The notes: generated by a model from the sequence alone, not told the origin. Positions 13,001-26,580 are shown, numbered from the stretch's first letter. The stretch is 64,000 bases of DNA from Sphaerodactylus townsendi (GCF_021028975.2 NC_059433.1:40238001-40302000); one strand, 5' to 3'. Translations and numbers: made by a program.

Positions 13001-14747
13001 AAGGGTTGTTGTTTAGGGCGGCTTGACGCCGCCCTGGGGGGAGGGAAGAAGAGTCAGGTCGCTGCTGCTGCATTGCAGCAGCGGCGCCTGTGCGAACGGC
13101 GGCCTGGGGGCGCCTTTTTTGGCGCCCCCAGGCCGTCATAAATGGGCCGTGCGGAAGAGGCCTTAGCTTTTGAAGAGATATTGTATTTTCTAAGCCCTCA
13201 AATTGCAATAATTTGTACTTCGGAAAGGAGATATTTCACAACAATCCACATTCATCAGCTTATGGAATATAACTGAGCAAATGACTTAAACTCACAGGTA
13301 TCTGCCAAATAATTTTAGAATACATTTCAAAGTATTATTTCTTAAGAGACTTTGTTTTCTCTCTGGTGTCAGCCCTGGAGATCTTGTATAGGCACACTGT
13401 CCTTTTGAGAAAAAACAACCAGCAGAAAACTGGCCTCCAATGACCTGTCACTTTGCACACATTTAAGTATATTTTGTTTTGACAACAGAATGCTCAATAC
13501 ATTTGCATTCCTGCATCACAGACACCTCTTATTGAATAAGGAAATGCTCACCACCCCTCAGAAAATGGTCTCCCAAGCTAGATTCCCCACCCCCTATTTT
13601 TCTGGAGGAAAAAAAGTATTTTACGCATGTGTGGTCTCCTCCGCATTGACACACATTCCTTTCAGGTTTCCTGTTTACACACATTTCCCCCTCTTCAGCA
13701 ATCACTCCACCTTCATATCAGAGAATCCTCATAGTTTCAGAAAACTCTTCTAGTTCAATTTTTTAATCTCCCTTCACAGGGAAAGCAGAGATTGTCATGT
13801 GTTAAGCTTTTTTCCCATTTTCTTTCTCCTTCTTTCCTCCCCCCATCCACACCACAGCAGTTCCTCCCACTGTTTGGGCTATCATTTCAGATCAGAAAGG
13901 CTTTCTTTTTTAAATTTTAACACTGTGAAAGAGGGCAAAAAAGGGTAGGAGGGTTGCATGGAAACAACAAGGAAGCAACAGGAGAGCAAATTTGGTGGAT
14001 TGGATCAGGTAGGGACCCTTCGCAGGAGGAGAATCCCTGTGCAAATAAAAACTGTGGGAAACCCACTCCATTGGGTCTAGATATACATACTAAGACCCAG
14101 TGGATAAGAAAGCAACCTTAAGAAGATCTATTCAGAGGTCTATTCATTGGAACTTCCTCTTTTTAGGATTATATCATAAATCTCAATCTTAATTCAAACC
14201 TTTTTAATTAAAAACTTTATCTGTTTGAACATCGTTTATTGGCAAGCACTATTTTCAGGACTGAGATCCAAGCAACAGCCCTGATGCAATCTATTTAATA
14301 ACTCGGGATAAAATACTGGCAATAACCATCAGCATTCCATTCTGATAGTTATAGGGAACATTTGCTGGTTCACAGTGCTTTTAAAGGCTAATGCTTCCAA
14401 AAGAGAAGCTAATGTAGAACACACCTCTCTGAATGCCAGTCTTCTAAGCACCGAAATCGTTTTTCTTTTCTTTGTAGCTGGGACCTGGTAATGTGAATAC
14501 CTACCTGCAGTCCAGACCAGAATATTCCAGAATACATGACACACTTCAGTTAGAGTTAGGCTTGAGTGGTGCCCTTCCTCCACTTTGTTCTAAAAAAAAT
14601 ACTACATGGAACTCTATTACCACGCTTTCCTTCAATCGTTCGATCACATCTCCTGCAATGGAAGCCACAAAAGCTCCATCTGGAAAGTCAGCACTGCAAG
14701 CCTTCCATTTATTAATGTTTGATATTCGCAATATAATTCCTTTCTGA
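4088..14747 (+). pseudogene. Possible unannotated or decaying multi-exon gene between CIDEA and IMPA2
   Basis: Splice-bounded open segments at 4088-4193, 6563-6709, 7214-7265, 9591-9687, 10758-10908, and a terminal-type exon at 14478-14747 with AATAAA at 15035. I could not join all of them into one frame. Confidence 0.3.
12649..13162. mobile_element. GC-rich Harbinger/PIF-type MITE
   Basis: TIRs GGCCGTTTCTGCACGG / CCGTGCGGAAGAGGCC, flanked by TAA/TTA. The 3' part is homologous to the element at 43492-43996. Confidence 0.75.
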
Positions 14748-15541
14748 TGAATTGTCAATCTAGGGTTTGCAGTTTAGGTATAGCAGTACCAGGTACTTAC
14801 CTACCTACATATTCATGCTGCCCTTCCTCCAAGGAGGTTGGCTCATCCTCCATTGTATCTGAAAAACCCCATGAGGTAAGTTATGCTGAAAAAGGGACTG
14901 GTACAAGGTCCCCCAGGATCCTTCATGGAGAAGTATGGATTTAAGCTGGTGTCTCCCCAGTTCTGATCTAACCACTACACCTCTTGGTTCTCAGCCAACA
15001 TTGGTCTTCAAACAACTCTGTGCTCAATGCCAATAATAAAGCCAACACTGTCATGCCCTTAAGAAGTGAATACTTATGTCGGATCCTATTGAGTTTGTAA
15101 TCTAAAATTTTGCTAGATATTGTGTTTCTTGAATTACTGATCAATTATTTAAGAAAACAGTTTTTCTTCATCTAATTCGCATTACTGTTAAATATATATT
15201 AATTACATAAAGGCAACCCAGGGTTCAAAGGATATATATGGTAAGCACTCTTGTGTACCACAAAAATAACTATAAAATATCTAACCCAATCCATATACTT
15301 TTAAATTTATAACAGGGTTGTGTCTTCTCAAAGGACTGTCAGATATGAGGGTAATTTAGGCACACAATGCAAGCTACTTGCTTCCTGCTGCAGAACAAAA
15401 TATAGTTGACCTGAGATCTGAAAGAAGTAGCATTTGTTTTTAATTGAATTGTTACAGTCTCTTCCATTTTCCAAGAAGCAAGAAACTTACCCAATCCAGG
15501 ACGCCTGCGACATATTTAAGAAATTACAAGTGAAATAAACT

Positions 15542-15547
15542 TTTATT
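15542..15547 (-). terminator. Candidate IMPA2 poly(A) signal AATAAA
   Basis: TTTATT on + strand about 210 nt past the IMPA2 stop codon. Confidence 0.55.
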
Positions 15548-15757
15548 ATAAAAGGAGCCAAGAAACGTACAAAATTTAAAACTCCCCTTCACCTTCCTAT
15601 AACGTGAGTAGAACCTTTTCCTAATATTTTTGAAATATCGACAGTACAAAAAAGCACACCTTTAAACCATTTACCCTATTAAGTAAGCCATCTTGAAGGA
15701 AGTGAAGTAGTTCAAAGGGCAGGTTCCTAAATATCTTCAGAAACATTTTAAGTCCTG

Positions 15758-15873
15758 TCAACTCTCATCATCTCTTCTATAATGAATAGTCTGTATTTGC
15801 TGAGCTATGAACGCAGCCATTTCTTGGGTACCTGCAGCAATCACCCGGCATGACATTAAGTCTAGAGGGCCAC
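15758..15873 (-). CDS. IMPA2: IMPA2 exon 8 (terminal coding part)
   Basis: [40 protein letters not shown] at 15760-15758. Confidence 0.96.
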
Positions 15874-18800
15874 CTATAAAGAAGAAGAACTGAATCACAA
15901 AAAGCTTCACTTAAATTCATTGTGCAAACCTACCCCTCCATGTGCACTCAGGACACAATGAAGACTCAAACCATTTCTCAGTCATGACTGGCCCAACTTA
16001 TGAAAGAGGTTCCTTCTCAGGACAATCTTCTGAACTGAGCCTTTGACAGACAATTTGGTTTGGGGTTGGAGAGCTGGTCTGAACTATGGCCTAACCTCCA
16101 TCTAATCAAGGCAAGGATGAGTACAGCTCCAATACCCCACAGGAAAAGGGGCCCAGTTAAAGTGGTCTAATCATAAAAGATTATGAACCCTACTGGATTC
16201 CAGAATGTTTTGAGGGATGTTAGAATTCCAAACACATCCTGGTTGTTGAAATCACGTGAAAAATCACATTGATGAGTCAGTGATGTTTGTCATAAGTCAA
16301 TCACTGACTTGGCCCCCTTCCTTAGATACTGAAAGAGTTAGTTATCTGTCCACTACTTTTAAAAGACTATAAATAAAGCAATATGTGGTTTCTAAAACAT
16401 GAAGTCTAAACCACTTCCCCCTAGTAATGTATTCTGCTTACCTGAAGTATCTATGACAACACCACCTGCCTCTCTGATAATAACAGTAGCTGCAGCCAAG
16501 TCCCAGCAATGCAAGCCAAACTGATAATAGGCATCTGCAGCACCAGATGCTAGGTGGCAGAGTGCCAAAGTAGTACTTCCAATTACACGAATCCTGCAGT
16601 AGACAAGGGGATAAGGAACGGAGGGCAGAAGAGATACAACATTTTTGTGAACACCGCAAAACTCTTGATAAAAACTGGAGACAAAATCTACCTATGAAAT
16701 GATTTTAGGAAATGTATCATCAATTCTGCATGATGATATATCTGTTATATACAGATTGAGTTCAGAACATTGTTTCATACATATCTGTCCTAGCATTCTG
16801 GCCCTCTTAACAATTTATCATGTATGTCCAGCAAGCAATGTTGCACTATATTGTTTAAATATCCATGCTGATATTACAATATGGAATTAATCTGTGCATC
16901 TCATTCATAAAAAAAAGGCTTTTGTGTTGTCCAGGGACGGGGCTGCCTCCCAGCACCCAGTTCTACCCCCCCCCCTTTGTAAAAAATGCCCACCCAGGGA
17001 TCTTGAGCATCACACAACTGTCAGCTCTGCCCCCAAACTTACAACAAGGAACAGGGACCTCCAAGAAGCCAGCAGCAAGAAGGAACAGCAGAGAAATGGC
17101 AGAGGAGTCTGACCAGCAAGAACAAGCTCCAGCAGTTCCAGGGACCAGGGTGAAGGCAGCACAGCCCTAGCCAAGCTGCAATCAGCAGTCCTCCACAGTC
17201 TTATAAAATGGGGCAAGACCAGCACAGCCCCAGCCAGATTGCAATCAAGAAGGAGGGCAAGGAAGGCTGAAGAGCCAATCTCAGGTTGGCAGGGCAAGAC
17301 AGAGAGCTTGCCAGACACTGAGAGGTTGGAGCAGGGAGCTCCCAGAAGGATACCTCCTGAGAGGGATAAAAGGGAGGCAGGGAAAGAGGGAGTTGGTATG
17401 ATGTAGGGACTCAAGCTTGCAGGAGTGCTGTTAACTACCTGACACAAGTAAAGAGCTTATGAGCTAAAGCCAGAGTTGTGTCCTGTTTGTTCCAAAAGGG
17501 GCCAAACTCCTACAAGGCTAAGGGGACCTATCCAGCAGGGGTGGCTGATTTGGGGGCACTTACATGTGTTGACTCCAGTGTTGGAGACAGTGCCAGGGAA
17601 TCACTGTGCATTACAATTAATAGGGAAAACTAGACTCATGGGGAGCTGTTAATTGGTACCCTAATACTTGCAAGGCTTTTGATTGGTTCATTGGGTTTAA
17701 ATGGAGGACTGATTAACTGAAATGTTAATAAAATTGTCCATTTACATTTTGGACTATATATGTTGTAGGAAAATGCTTACCCGTGAGCTTGGGCCCTGAG
17801 TAACCTCTCCATGTTACTAAGAAATAGTTTCAGTGTCTCAGGGTCTCGTTTTGGACCAATCTCTGTTAAGATCAAGGCCTTTGAAATGTCTGTAAAACAG
17901 TGGTACACTGGTATTATTCAAACAGTTTTTCCAAGCAGTATTTTTCAATATCTAATTTTTGCCTTTTTTGAAGTTGCATAGCAAAACTCTTTCATGTATG
18001 CGCACACAAGCATGCGATATGTTATCAAATTCTGTTCTGTCCTAAAAACATAACATGGACTAAGCTTCATTTCTGGTGCTCTTCTATCAGCTAAGCAGCA
18101 CAGAACAAAATCCTATGCATAAAGACTTTTTTAAAAGTCTAGAAGAGATATTTTAAAGATATTTTTCTGGGTCACCCAGGGGATGCATCAGCAGCTAGTG
18201 AGCTATTTCCTATTGGAGTCCCCGATCTAATATAACAGCATGGAAACTGTATGGAGACTTTTCACATCAGCACGAGAGGAAATAGTTGAACCCACTATAA
18301 ATTGATGGTTCAGCTATATTTACTCACCTGTCACTGAAGAACTACAGAGCCATACAATGGACTATTGATCCTAATGTTCCTAAGTTTACCATAATTTATA
18401 AAAGACTACCTTATTTGTTAAATTTAAGCTGAAGTGTTACAAAGGAAAAGAGAAAACAAAGGCTACTATTTACATTATCTACGTGACAATGAAAGATACA
18501 TGAAGTTTATCTATAATTAACAACCGCCTTCAAAAAATAAATATTATAATTGTAGAGGGCTAACAAAATCTAAACCAACCTGTCACTTTTGACACCTGAA
18601 GCCTTTTGTCATTACAATATGCCCCTTGACCTTTTCTGCCAGTGTATAATCGTTCTTCAGTGCAGTGATAAATTACACCAAATTCAAGCTTTACAAGAAA
18701 GAAGGGGAAAAGATCAAGAATGCAACTTGCATTACATTAGCATAAACAACTGATAGATTGCAATTATACGTATATAACTAATGGTACTTCATGATAAAAT

Positions 18801-21800
18801 AATTAATTTTAATTACACTAGAATTTCATCTTTATATCCTATAGCGTACAAAATTTGACATGTAGTGGATTATTACATCTCTTTCATCTTAAGGATGATT
18901 CTTACATTACAGCCATCACAGGAAAGCAACTTAATGAGCTGTATAGCACTTTTCATAGCAAGCAAGAGGAACTTGCTATCTATACTCCACTATCTCATGG
19001 AGCTTCCAAACTTTTGCCATGAACTCACAGTGAGGACACAGGATGGGCCAATTCATAGGAAGGGCCAATTTATAGGATGTACAGCTTTTCCTTCTTAGGA
19101 CATGAAGAGTTTAAAATAGCTTCTTTGTAGCAGCTGTTATGGTCAGTAGCTGGTTACTGTTGGGATACTGATCAACTCAGTGTGGGTTACCGTAGCCGTA
19201 GCTTATACCAATTTTTGCACAGAACTGACCAGGTTAAAAATACAGTGCTGCAGTGTGTCTTGATGTTCCATCATTTGCAATCCCATTTTAACAGCAGAAC
19301 TACTGTCTTTAAATGCCTGTGAGGCACAACGGAATAATTTCAAGCGGAAAAGCAGCAAGCAGAAAAGGTTTGTTGAACCCTGCAAATCACAGCTATGTGT
19401 CTCCTAGGTGGGCTTGAAGACCAAAATATAAGCCTGGGCTGTGGAGGAATAAGAGTAGGCTGGGGAAATGCTGACACTCTGCCTCCCACCCATTTCATAC
19501 TTCAAATCTCTTTCACTGTCCACTTCACAGATATCTGGCTGTCACCTCCTGGGCAGTGCAGTTCCACCTATAAAAGTGCAGGCACATGAGGCTGTAATAC
19601 AGGCAGAAAGCTCCACGCTGGCTAGGAAAACTAGAAAGATGAAGCCCAATACCATCAGACCCTGGCTGTCTCTGACACATTTTATGCTCATCCAGTTTTG
19701 TCCTTTGTCACCCCTCACTGGGCAACACTGGTGAAGTTTGGATGAGATACAGTTTTAAATGCTTTCCTCATAGTATGCTGGAGTGAGGGAGAGGAGAATA
19801 AACACACAGCGTCTCTATCCTTAAAGAGGCAGCATCATGCACAGAAATGTGATGGCTGAAAATCACCTGAAGCTAATACAAATGTAGACCAAGCTGTGGC
19901 TGGGGCATCAGGGAGAGGAAGGTTTTATATGTGTAGCACTCTTCACTGCAAGTTCATACACAGTTTCAGATTCTGCCCTAACATGTGCCAGTATGTGACA
20001 ATAAGAAGTTTCCCATCCAATTAGTTGCGCCAGGGCAACTGCAACCACCTCAAGTTAAACAAATGGTATGACTCAGTCTGGTCTACTTTTTCAAGTGATT
20101 CCACTCCTAAATACATTTACTTGTAGTTTCAGTGATTTCAATGGACTCCACTTTTGAAAGAATGTGTTTAAAATCACAAAGTAAGGATACGTCATGACTA
20201 AGCAATCTCTGCATTTAGGGCTCAGCTGTCGTTATGCTCTAGAAAACTGGTACATGCTGTCACTATCATTATATACTCTGAGTAAAGCCATCCATGAATT
20301 AATGACATATCAAAGTAAAAACCTTTGATTAAACTACACATTAACTGAAGGGCTAGTTTTGTACTAACACACAAGACTTGAACATAGGTTTCTACAAATC
20401 ATCACTGACCTGTACCCTAGCCACACCCTGAAGGGTGTGTTCAATATTAAGTCTATATGTCTTAAAGATGGACAGCATCAGATTCACCGGCTTTTTGGGA
20501 AAACTTTACATTCATTACTAACAGTTGCCTATCTCATCAATTTATAGAACATCATTATATACCTCATGATTAACAGCAAACCCAATGCTAACAGCCACAG
20601 TTGGAAACCTGTGCAAATAAAACAAGTATTTGTTAATACATTTTCTGTACACAGATTCTTAGTATCTTCTGCTACAAGCAACAATGTTGCTTAAAAACAA
20701 CACCTGGTTTTCAGCTTCATTTTTACAGGCTCGTCATTATTTGTGTACCTCAGCAAGAACAGCACTGCTGATTTTTATCTGTTAACTACTTATAACAAAA
20801 CATTTAAAAATGATGGTTTCATATGAAGCAGCTGAGCAGCACTTTCCCCATGATATTACAAAGCAACTGAGCAATGAACTTCCCACATCAGATAGCAGAG
20901 ACTGACAACACTGCCTAAATTCTGAGTAATGCACTTCCTTTGAACTGTAAGATACTGTAGAAGCTGCTGGGAACTATTCTTATCCCCACTCTATTCATCA
21001 GCCGGTGAACCTTCAATCACTAACCAGCTGTGAGAAAAAGGCAGCTGCTGTTCCAGCACAAAGGCCAATCTAGTTAAAATCTTGTCCAGATGGGATTGTG
21101 GCTTTAGACTGTGTGTGATGTGCCATCACACTGCTTCTAAGTTATGCTGATCTTATGAATTAATGGCCTCCAAAACTTCATTAATGAAGTCCTATCACAG
21201 ACAGCCTTGCAATAAAGAATACATGTTATTTTGTGATTTTCCCATCACTTCCATCGCATGGAGATGATGCTAATCCCCATGCTCACTGCATCCAGGACAG
21301 CAATGGTACTTCTAAACTCTTGTACTAGTCAGTGTTTCCTTGCTAAAGGATGTTCCTGTTCATGTCCAGGCTGGTGCCACCATTGTTGCTGGGAGCACAT
21401 CAAGTGACATGCGCAGTTATTCAAAACATGCAATATTTGCTCCTCTATTAACAATCTTATCTTTATCAGTTTACGTAGCATAATCATTGTATAAATATGC
21501 AAATCTGGACATGCAAAGAAATCGTGACAATGAAGCTGTTCTCATGCTTCATTTGAACAGGCTGAACATAGAAAAGTGTCTTTCAAGCAGAACTTAAGGA
21601 TTGGTAGATTTAACTTTCATGGCATTATTCTTGTATTTACCTGTGTACAAAATTGCAGGTGCCATCAACTGGATCAATAATCCAGGTGGGGCTAGCACTC
21701 AATATGCACTTTGAACCAGCAGCAGTAGCTTCTTCTGCAATAAACCTGTAATGGTAAGGGGAAAAAAGTTCTTACTTGTTGGAAGTAGGCATGTTTGTAT

Positions 21801-24800
21801 GTGTTAAGAGAAAATGTTCAGGTATTCACATGTGTTGTTGATCCCTAGTGTATCTGGCTTTGAATTAGAAGTTTAGGCCACTAAACACTGGTGTGCAGAC
21901 CGTGGGGCTTATAGGAGTTTTCAAATCTTTTGACCAGTTTTACAAAAAAACTTTGCTGTTTACTATCAGTATCTATTAGAAAATTACATATCTTAGATAA
22001 CAGATTCTTTCCATTACTAATTTTTCAAAACTTGTCAATTGGGTTCTTATTTTATCTTTACATAATAATGCCTGTAAGAGACTTTTTAAACTTGTAGATA
22101 CTGAAACCAATTTATCTGAAACCCATTATTTAAGAGTTCTGCAAAGATAACAAATGTTCACCCATTAGGAATTAAGGATTTATAATCAGACACTTTCAGA
22201 TCTTCCCACATTTTAACATTTTCTTCTTTTGCAGCTTAGCTAAAGTCTGATCACAGAGGCCAATGGTGAAATTCCAGGAGATAATTTTGGTCTAACCTTC
22301 ATCCAGTTATTTTCTAAGGCACTACCAACAAAATTATCCATAGCATAATAACTATATTTATTTATTTTATTCAACCAGATTCAGACAAATTAACACAAAG
22401 GATTGCTCAACTACAGTCAATGTTGTATCCTTATCTACTTTTATCATTTTGTTATCCAACCTATTCTAGTCAAATACTTTTAAACACTGGGAATTCCCAA
22501 GCCCCCTCTTTTGATCTTAATTACAGTATCTTGAAATTTTATCCTAAGTGTCTATATGATTCCAGATACAGTTAGATAAGCATTTATACATATACATTCT
22601 AATTCTTATATCATTACTGGAACATTCCAACACAGTAAATTCAGTATAGGCAGTACTGACATTTTAATTAAATTTCTCTTACCTGGCAATGTCAGTTTTA
22701 ATTGTCACCAGATGGATAATAATTTTTTAATTTCCTTCATGACTCCCTACCAGCCAAGTGTACCTACTATCATTTGCAGACATGAATGTTTTTACCATTA
22801 CAAATCAGAACAATTTGTACTATGGCACACTGAAATTATGGGATATTCTTCATATTATATGACAACTGATTATATCTTCAAGTGTATGTCTAGTGGACAA
22901 CTGAAGCTCATTCTCGTTCTATGATGAGTAAACCTACAAGTGACTACTTTTTCCTACTCATACATCATATTATTTGTTGCATAAAATAGATCTAAAACAC
23001 ACCTGCTTCTGTTGAGATTCCCTGGATGTTGAATCTCAGAATTACAGTTCAAACCTGCTATGCATCAGATAGCACTATATGCAGGCATACCTGTGAGAGG
23101 GAAACTTTTCTTTCAGAGCAGAAACAATTAAGTTTTCCACAAAGTGATCTGTTTCTGTCACAAGATCTGCTGCAGTAGTTTTGGTGGACACTTGTTTTTC
23201 CTCAGTGAAAGCTTTCCTAATAACCTAGATGGGGAAAAAACACAAACATGGTTTTCAAAGTTCTGCCCATAAACTCACAAATCAAGTGAACACAAAACAC
23301 TCGACTCAAATCATCCAACAAACAATATATGGTACTACAAAATAAGAAGTCTCAGGTTAGGGACTCTAACAGCAGTGGCATATAGGTTAAGAGCTCGTGT
23401 ATCTAATCTGGAGGAACCGGGTTTGATTCCCAGCTCTGCCATCTGAGCTGTGGAGGCTTATCTGGGGAATTCAGACTAGCCTGTACACTCCCACACACGC
23501 CAGCTGGGTGACCTTGGGCCAGTCACAGCTTCTCGGAGCTCTCTCAGCCCCACCTACCTCACAGGGTGTTTGTTGTGAGGGGGGAAGGGCAAGGAGATTG
23601 TAAGCCCCTTTGAGTCTCCTGCAGGAGAGAAAGGGGGGATATAAATCCAAACTCCTCCTCCTCTTCCTCTTCTAATCTATGCTGGCACAAAAGTTCTGAA
23701 GTGATATCTTGTTAGTGTGGATAAGACAGAAAAGGTACACTAGAAGCAAATCATTTGTGTAGATACATAGCACCTGGGTAGATTTTCAACCTAAGCACTG
23801 TTTTTGCCACCTCTTGTGTTTAATTACTAAACACTGTACTAAATTTATTATCATGATATTATGTATCAGCATTGGGTCCTTTATGTAATGGCAACAAATA
23901 TGAGTCAATATAAACCTCATCTCAGGTTTCAGCTTCATACAAAACAATTATTAAATGAATGAATTTACTTCCTCAATACACTGTGGTTTGCCCTTAAGTG
24001 TGAGGTTACATAAAACATTTGCTACATTTTGGCAAGAACAATAGCTGATAAGGAGCTATTTGAAGACAGAGGAAGTGTCAGTGAAACAAAAATAACCAAG
24101 CAGCCCCATCCACCCTCATACTGCTAAAATAGCTTTCTTCCAATCTTTTTCATTCAGCTTGTGAAGAACTAGAGAGACATGTAAACAAAAAAACACAATT
24201 TAACGTACCCAGATAATGCCCATAAGGATAGAGGTAGAAAACATATAAATGAACACAGTGTAAAGAATGTATAAACAAGGAAGGAAAAGTGCCCCTTATG
24301 TCACAGTATCAACAGTCCCTAAAATAAATGATCCAGCTCCATAGCATCTCTCCAACAATGTACAGCATGATCCTATGAATGTTTACTGGAAACACAGTTC
24401 AGTGGGTCTTGCATTCAAACAGCTGTGCATAGGACTGCTGATTTCCTTGGTAGCAATCCTTACTGAACTCATCGGAATATTCTTCTAAATGAATGCATGT
24501 AGTAGGATTGTGCTATGCATTACCCAAGCACATCAGCAGATTAGACCCACAGGCCACCGCCAGCTGCTGTACCACATGTTTATTTTAATGAATGGTTAAA
24601 AATAGGAGGAAAAAAGTGCCTGAAACAAACACAAAGTGTTGCCTGATTGCTACCCTTTCAGAACAATGGTAGCAGCTCATTGGAGATTTTCCAGCAGCAA
24701 ACAGCTGCTGCGTAAATTAGTGACAGAAAGTAAAACTAACAAGGGAAGTTAGTTGGCCTCTCACCTGTGTTCTATATTAGGCTGCCCCACCAATCAGATT

Positions 24801-26075
24801 TGTATCTAGTATATTGCATTATACTTTCTCTTCTATATATCTTGCCAGACAAGAATATTTCAGACCCCAAATAACCGTGAGTCATGTTTACATAAAGGGA
24901 AATGCCACATCAGATAATAAGGCAATTTCATACACCTGTAAATTTGGAACACGCTACTCAGTTGTGAAATGATGAAATATTCCAAATGGTCAGTTTGTGG
25001 AGGCTTCTTATATTAATGTAGTTCCATTTACTTGCAAGCAAACTACACCCACAGTAGTGCTGAAAGAGCTTCAGAAATGCCACTAACCAGAAATTAATTT
25101 CTCCTCAATATGCTCCAACTTACCTAAAATTATACATGGCTGTTACTGAAAATAATATGTCTTGACTGCTTAAACTGGATCATTCAAAGTTGGCAGAGGG
25201 GAAAACAAAAAAGGTACACAACCTAAGCTACTACTGAACTGAGAAAAATCTTGACATTCAACATACTGAAAAGCAGTGTTTCCTTTGCCACATCACATAA
25301 TGTCCAGTCAAAAATAACAGGCCGCACTCGCAAAACAATGGGCAACATTTTATCAGTGTTCATACACTCCTCTTGTGATGTTTTAGATCATTTTCCTGTG
25401 GGTTACTTTTTAAATCAGGTACTGAGAGGTTATTTTCATGATCTCCAGACATACAAGGCAGCTTGTGTTTACTGTTTCATCTGACCTGACTTCACCCAGT
25501 CTTTCAATCCAAGCCTTCACCTTCTCTGGGTTCATACCTGAACATTATTTCACCCCCTGATTCTTTTTTCCTCCTCATCCCTTCGAAAGAAATACACAAA
25601 CTGCATGCTAATGCTTGCAAGTGCAACTTTGAATGAAATGCTGCTTGTTTCCGAGTAAACTTGCACAGACCAAGGCTTGACAAACTGGCCAATGCAACGT
25701 GCCAAACTTTGAAAAAGGTTTGACCTAAGAACTATACACGACCCAAGCTTTGGGCTCTTTGTTGTCAGCTCTGCAGCAGCTGCCAGAGAGCTCCCACCCT
25801 TTCCCTCTCCACAAGCACCCGGTTCCACACAACAGCGCGCGCAAACCTTTTCTGCAAAGCCCCAGAAAGAGGCAAAAACCTCGCATAGGAAGGCAAAGGG
25901 CGGCTCCCGCCAAGAACCCACCAGCCGCGAGGCTTGCGGGGAGAGGACGTCAACGTGGCCGACTCACCTGCCCCGCCCGCAGTGCCAACTGCACCGCCAC
26001 CTCCACGCACTCCTTCCAGGGGTCGTCCCCTGTGGCCGCCGCCGCCGCTGTTCTCTGCTCCCCGCTGGGCTTCAT
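15758..26075 (-). CDS. IMPA2: Inositol monophosphatase 2, complete 8-exon CDS, 292 aa
   Basis: Exons: 26075-25968, 23224-23091, 21745-21641, 20608-20563, 18688-18580, 17889-17781, 16593-16442, 15873-15758. All introns are GT-AG, phases are consistent and the total is 879 nt. Motifs [14 protein letters not shown] and [15 protein letters not shown] are present. It ends ...[11 protein letters not shown]. Confidence 0.97.
16442..16593 (-). CDS. IMPA2: IMPA2 exon 7
   Basis: [50 protein letters not shown], 152 bp. Confidence 0.96.
16928..17564 (+). mobile_element. Solo LTR (probably Gypsy-type) in IMPA2 intron 6
   Basis: TGT...ACA termini, perfect 5-bp TSD TGTGT (16923-16927 and 17565-17569), internal GATAAAAG TATA-like and AGTAAA poly(A)-like motifs. 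Confidence 0.65.
17781..17889 (-). CDS. IMPA2: IMPA2 exon 6
   Basis: [37 protein letters not shown], 109 bp. Confidence 0.96.
18580..18688 (-). CDS. IMPA2: IMPA2 exon 5
   Basis: [36 protein letters not shown], 109 bp. Confidence 0.96.
20563..20608 (-). CDS. IMPA2: IMPA2 exon 4
   Basis: [15 protein letters not shown], 46 bp. Confidence 0.95.
21641..21745 (-). CDS. IMPA2: IMPA2 exon 3
   Basis: [34 protein letters not shown], 105 bp. Confidence 0.96.
23091..23224 (-). CDS. IMPA2: IMPA2 exon 2
   Basis: [45 protein letters not shown], 134 bp, AG/GT bounded. Confidence 0.96.
23371..23672 (+). mobile_element. tRNA-derived squamate SINE (Squam3-like), young copy
   Basis: A/B-box head (GTGGCATATAGG, GGTTTGATTCC) and a (CTC/CTT)n tail. 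Highly similar to the copy at 28252-28543. Confidence 0.8.
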
Positions 26076-26580
26076 TGCAGCCACTCGTTGCGCGGTCTCG
26101 CCGTCTCCCCTACGACTCGCCTTCCGGGCGCTTACGGGACCCCCGCTTTGCCCCCACTGCCCGCGACGGACGGGAAACGGCTTGGGTGGCCTTCAGCGGA
26201 GGGATGCTCTTGACTTCCCCCCTCTGCAGGTTGGGGGCGGACCGCTGCTGACTGCAGACCCACGAGGCGTTCTTCCGTCGCCGCTGCAAGACCTCCCCCG
26301 CGCCTTCTGCGCCTCTCGCGCGCTTCTCCCCGGCGTTGAATGAGCGAGCCGCTGCAAGGCGCCGCCTCCTTGGCCGGAGTGACGGCCTTCTCCACCCATC
26401 AAAGGCGGGAAGCCGCCCAGCGACTTAAAACCTGCTTGCTGGCTGCTAATTTTAGGAAGTCGTACCGTTTGGGCCTGGAAGGAGAATTCAAGGGTGTGTG
26501 TTTGGCGCAGGATCGGGGGCGGGGGCGCACGGGGGATTACTGCTCTTTCCCCCTCCAACCATACGCCAGCCCCGAAGACT
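25800..26580. promoter_or_regulatory. CpG island / IMPA2 promoter
   Basis: Very CpG-rich, with GC boxes (GGGGCGG near 26234 and 26516), spanning IMPA2 exon 1. Confidence 0.8.
25968..26075 (-). CDS. IMPA2: IMPA2 exon 1 ([36 protein letters not shown])
   Basis: ATG at 26075, donor CAG|GTGAGT, matches human MKPSGED...[10 protein letters not shown]. Confidence 0.95.

Noticed and set aside
12557-13208. Cluster of long overlapping GC-rich ORFs (up to 187 aa)
   Set aside because: They lie inside a TIR-bounded MITE, and stop depletion is explained by GC content.
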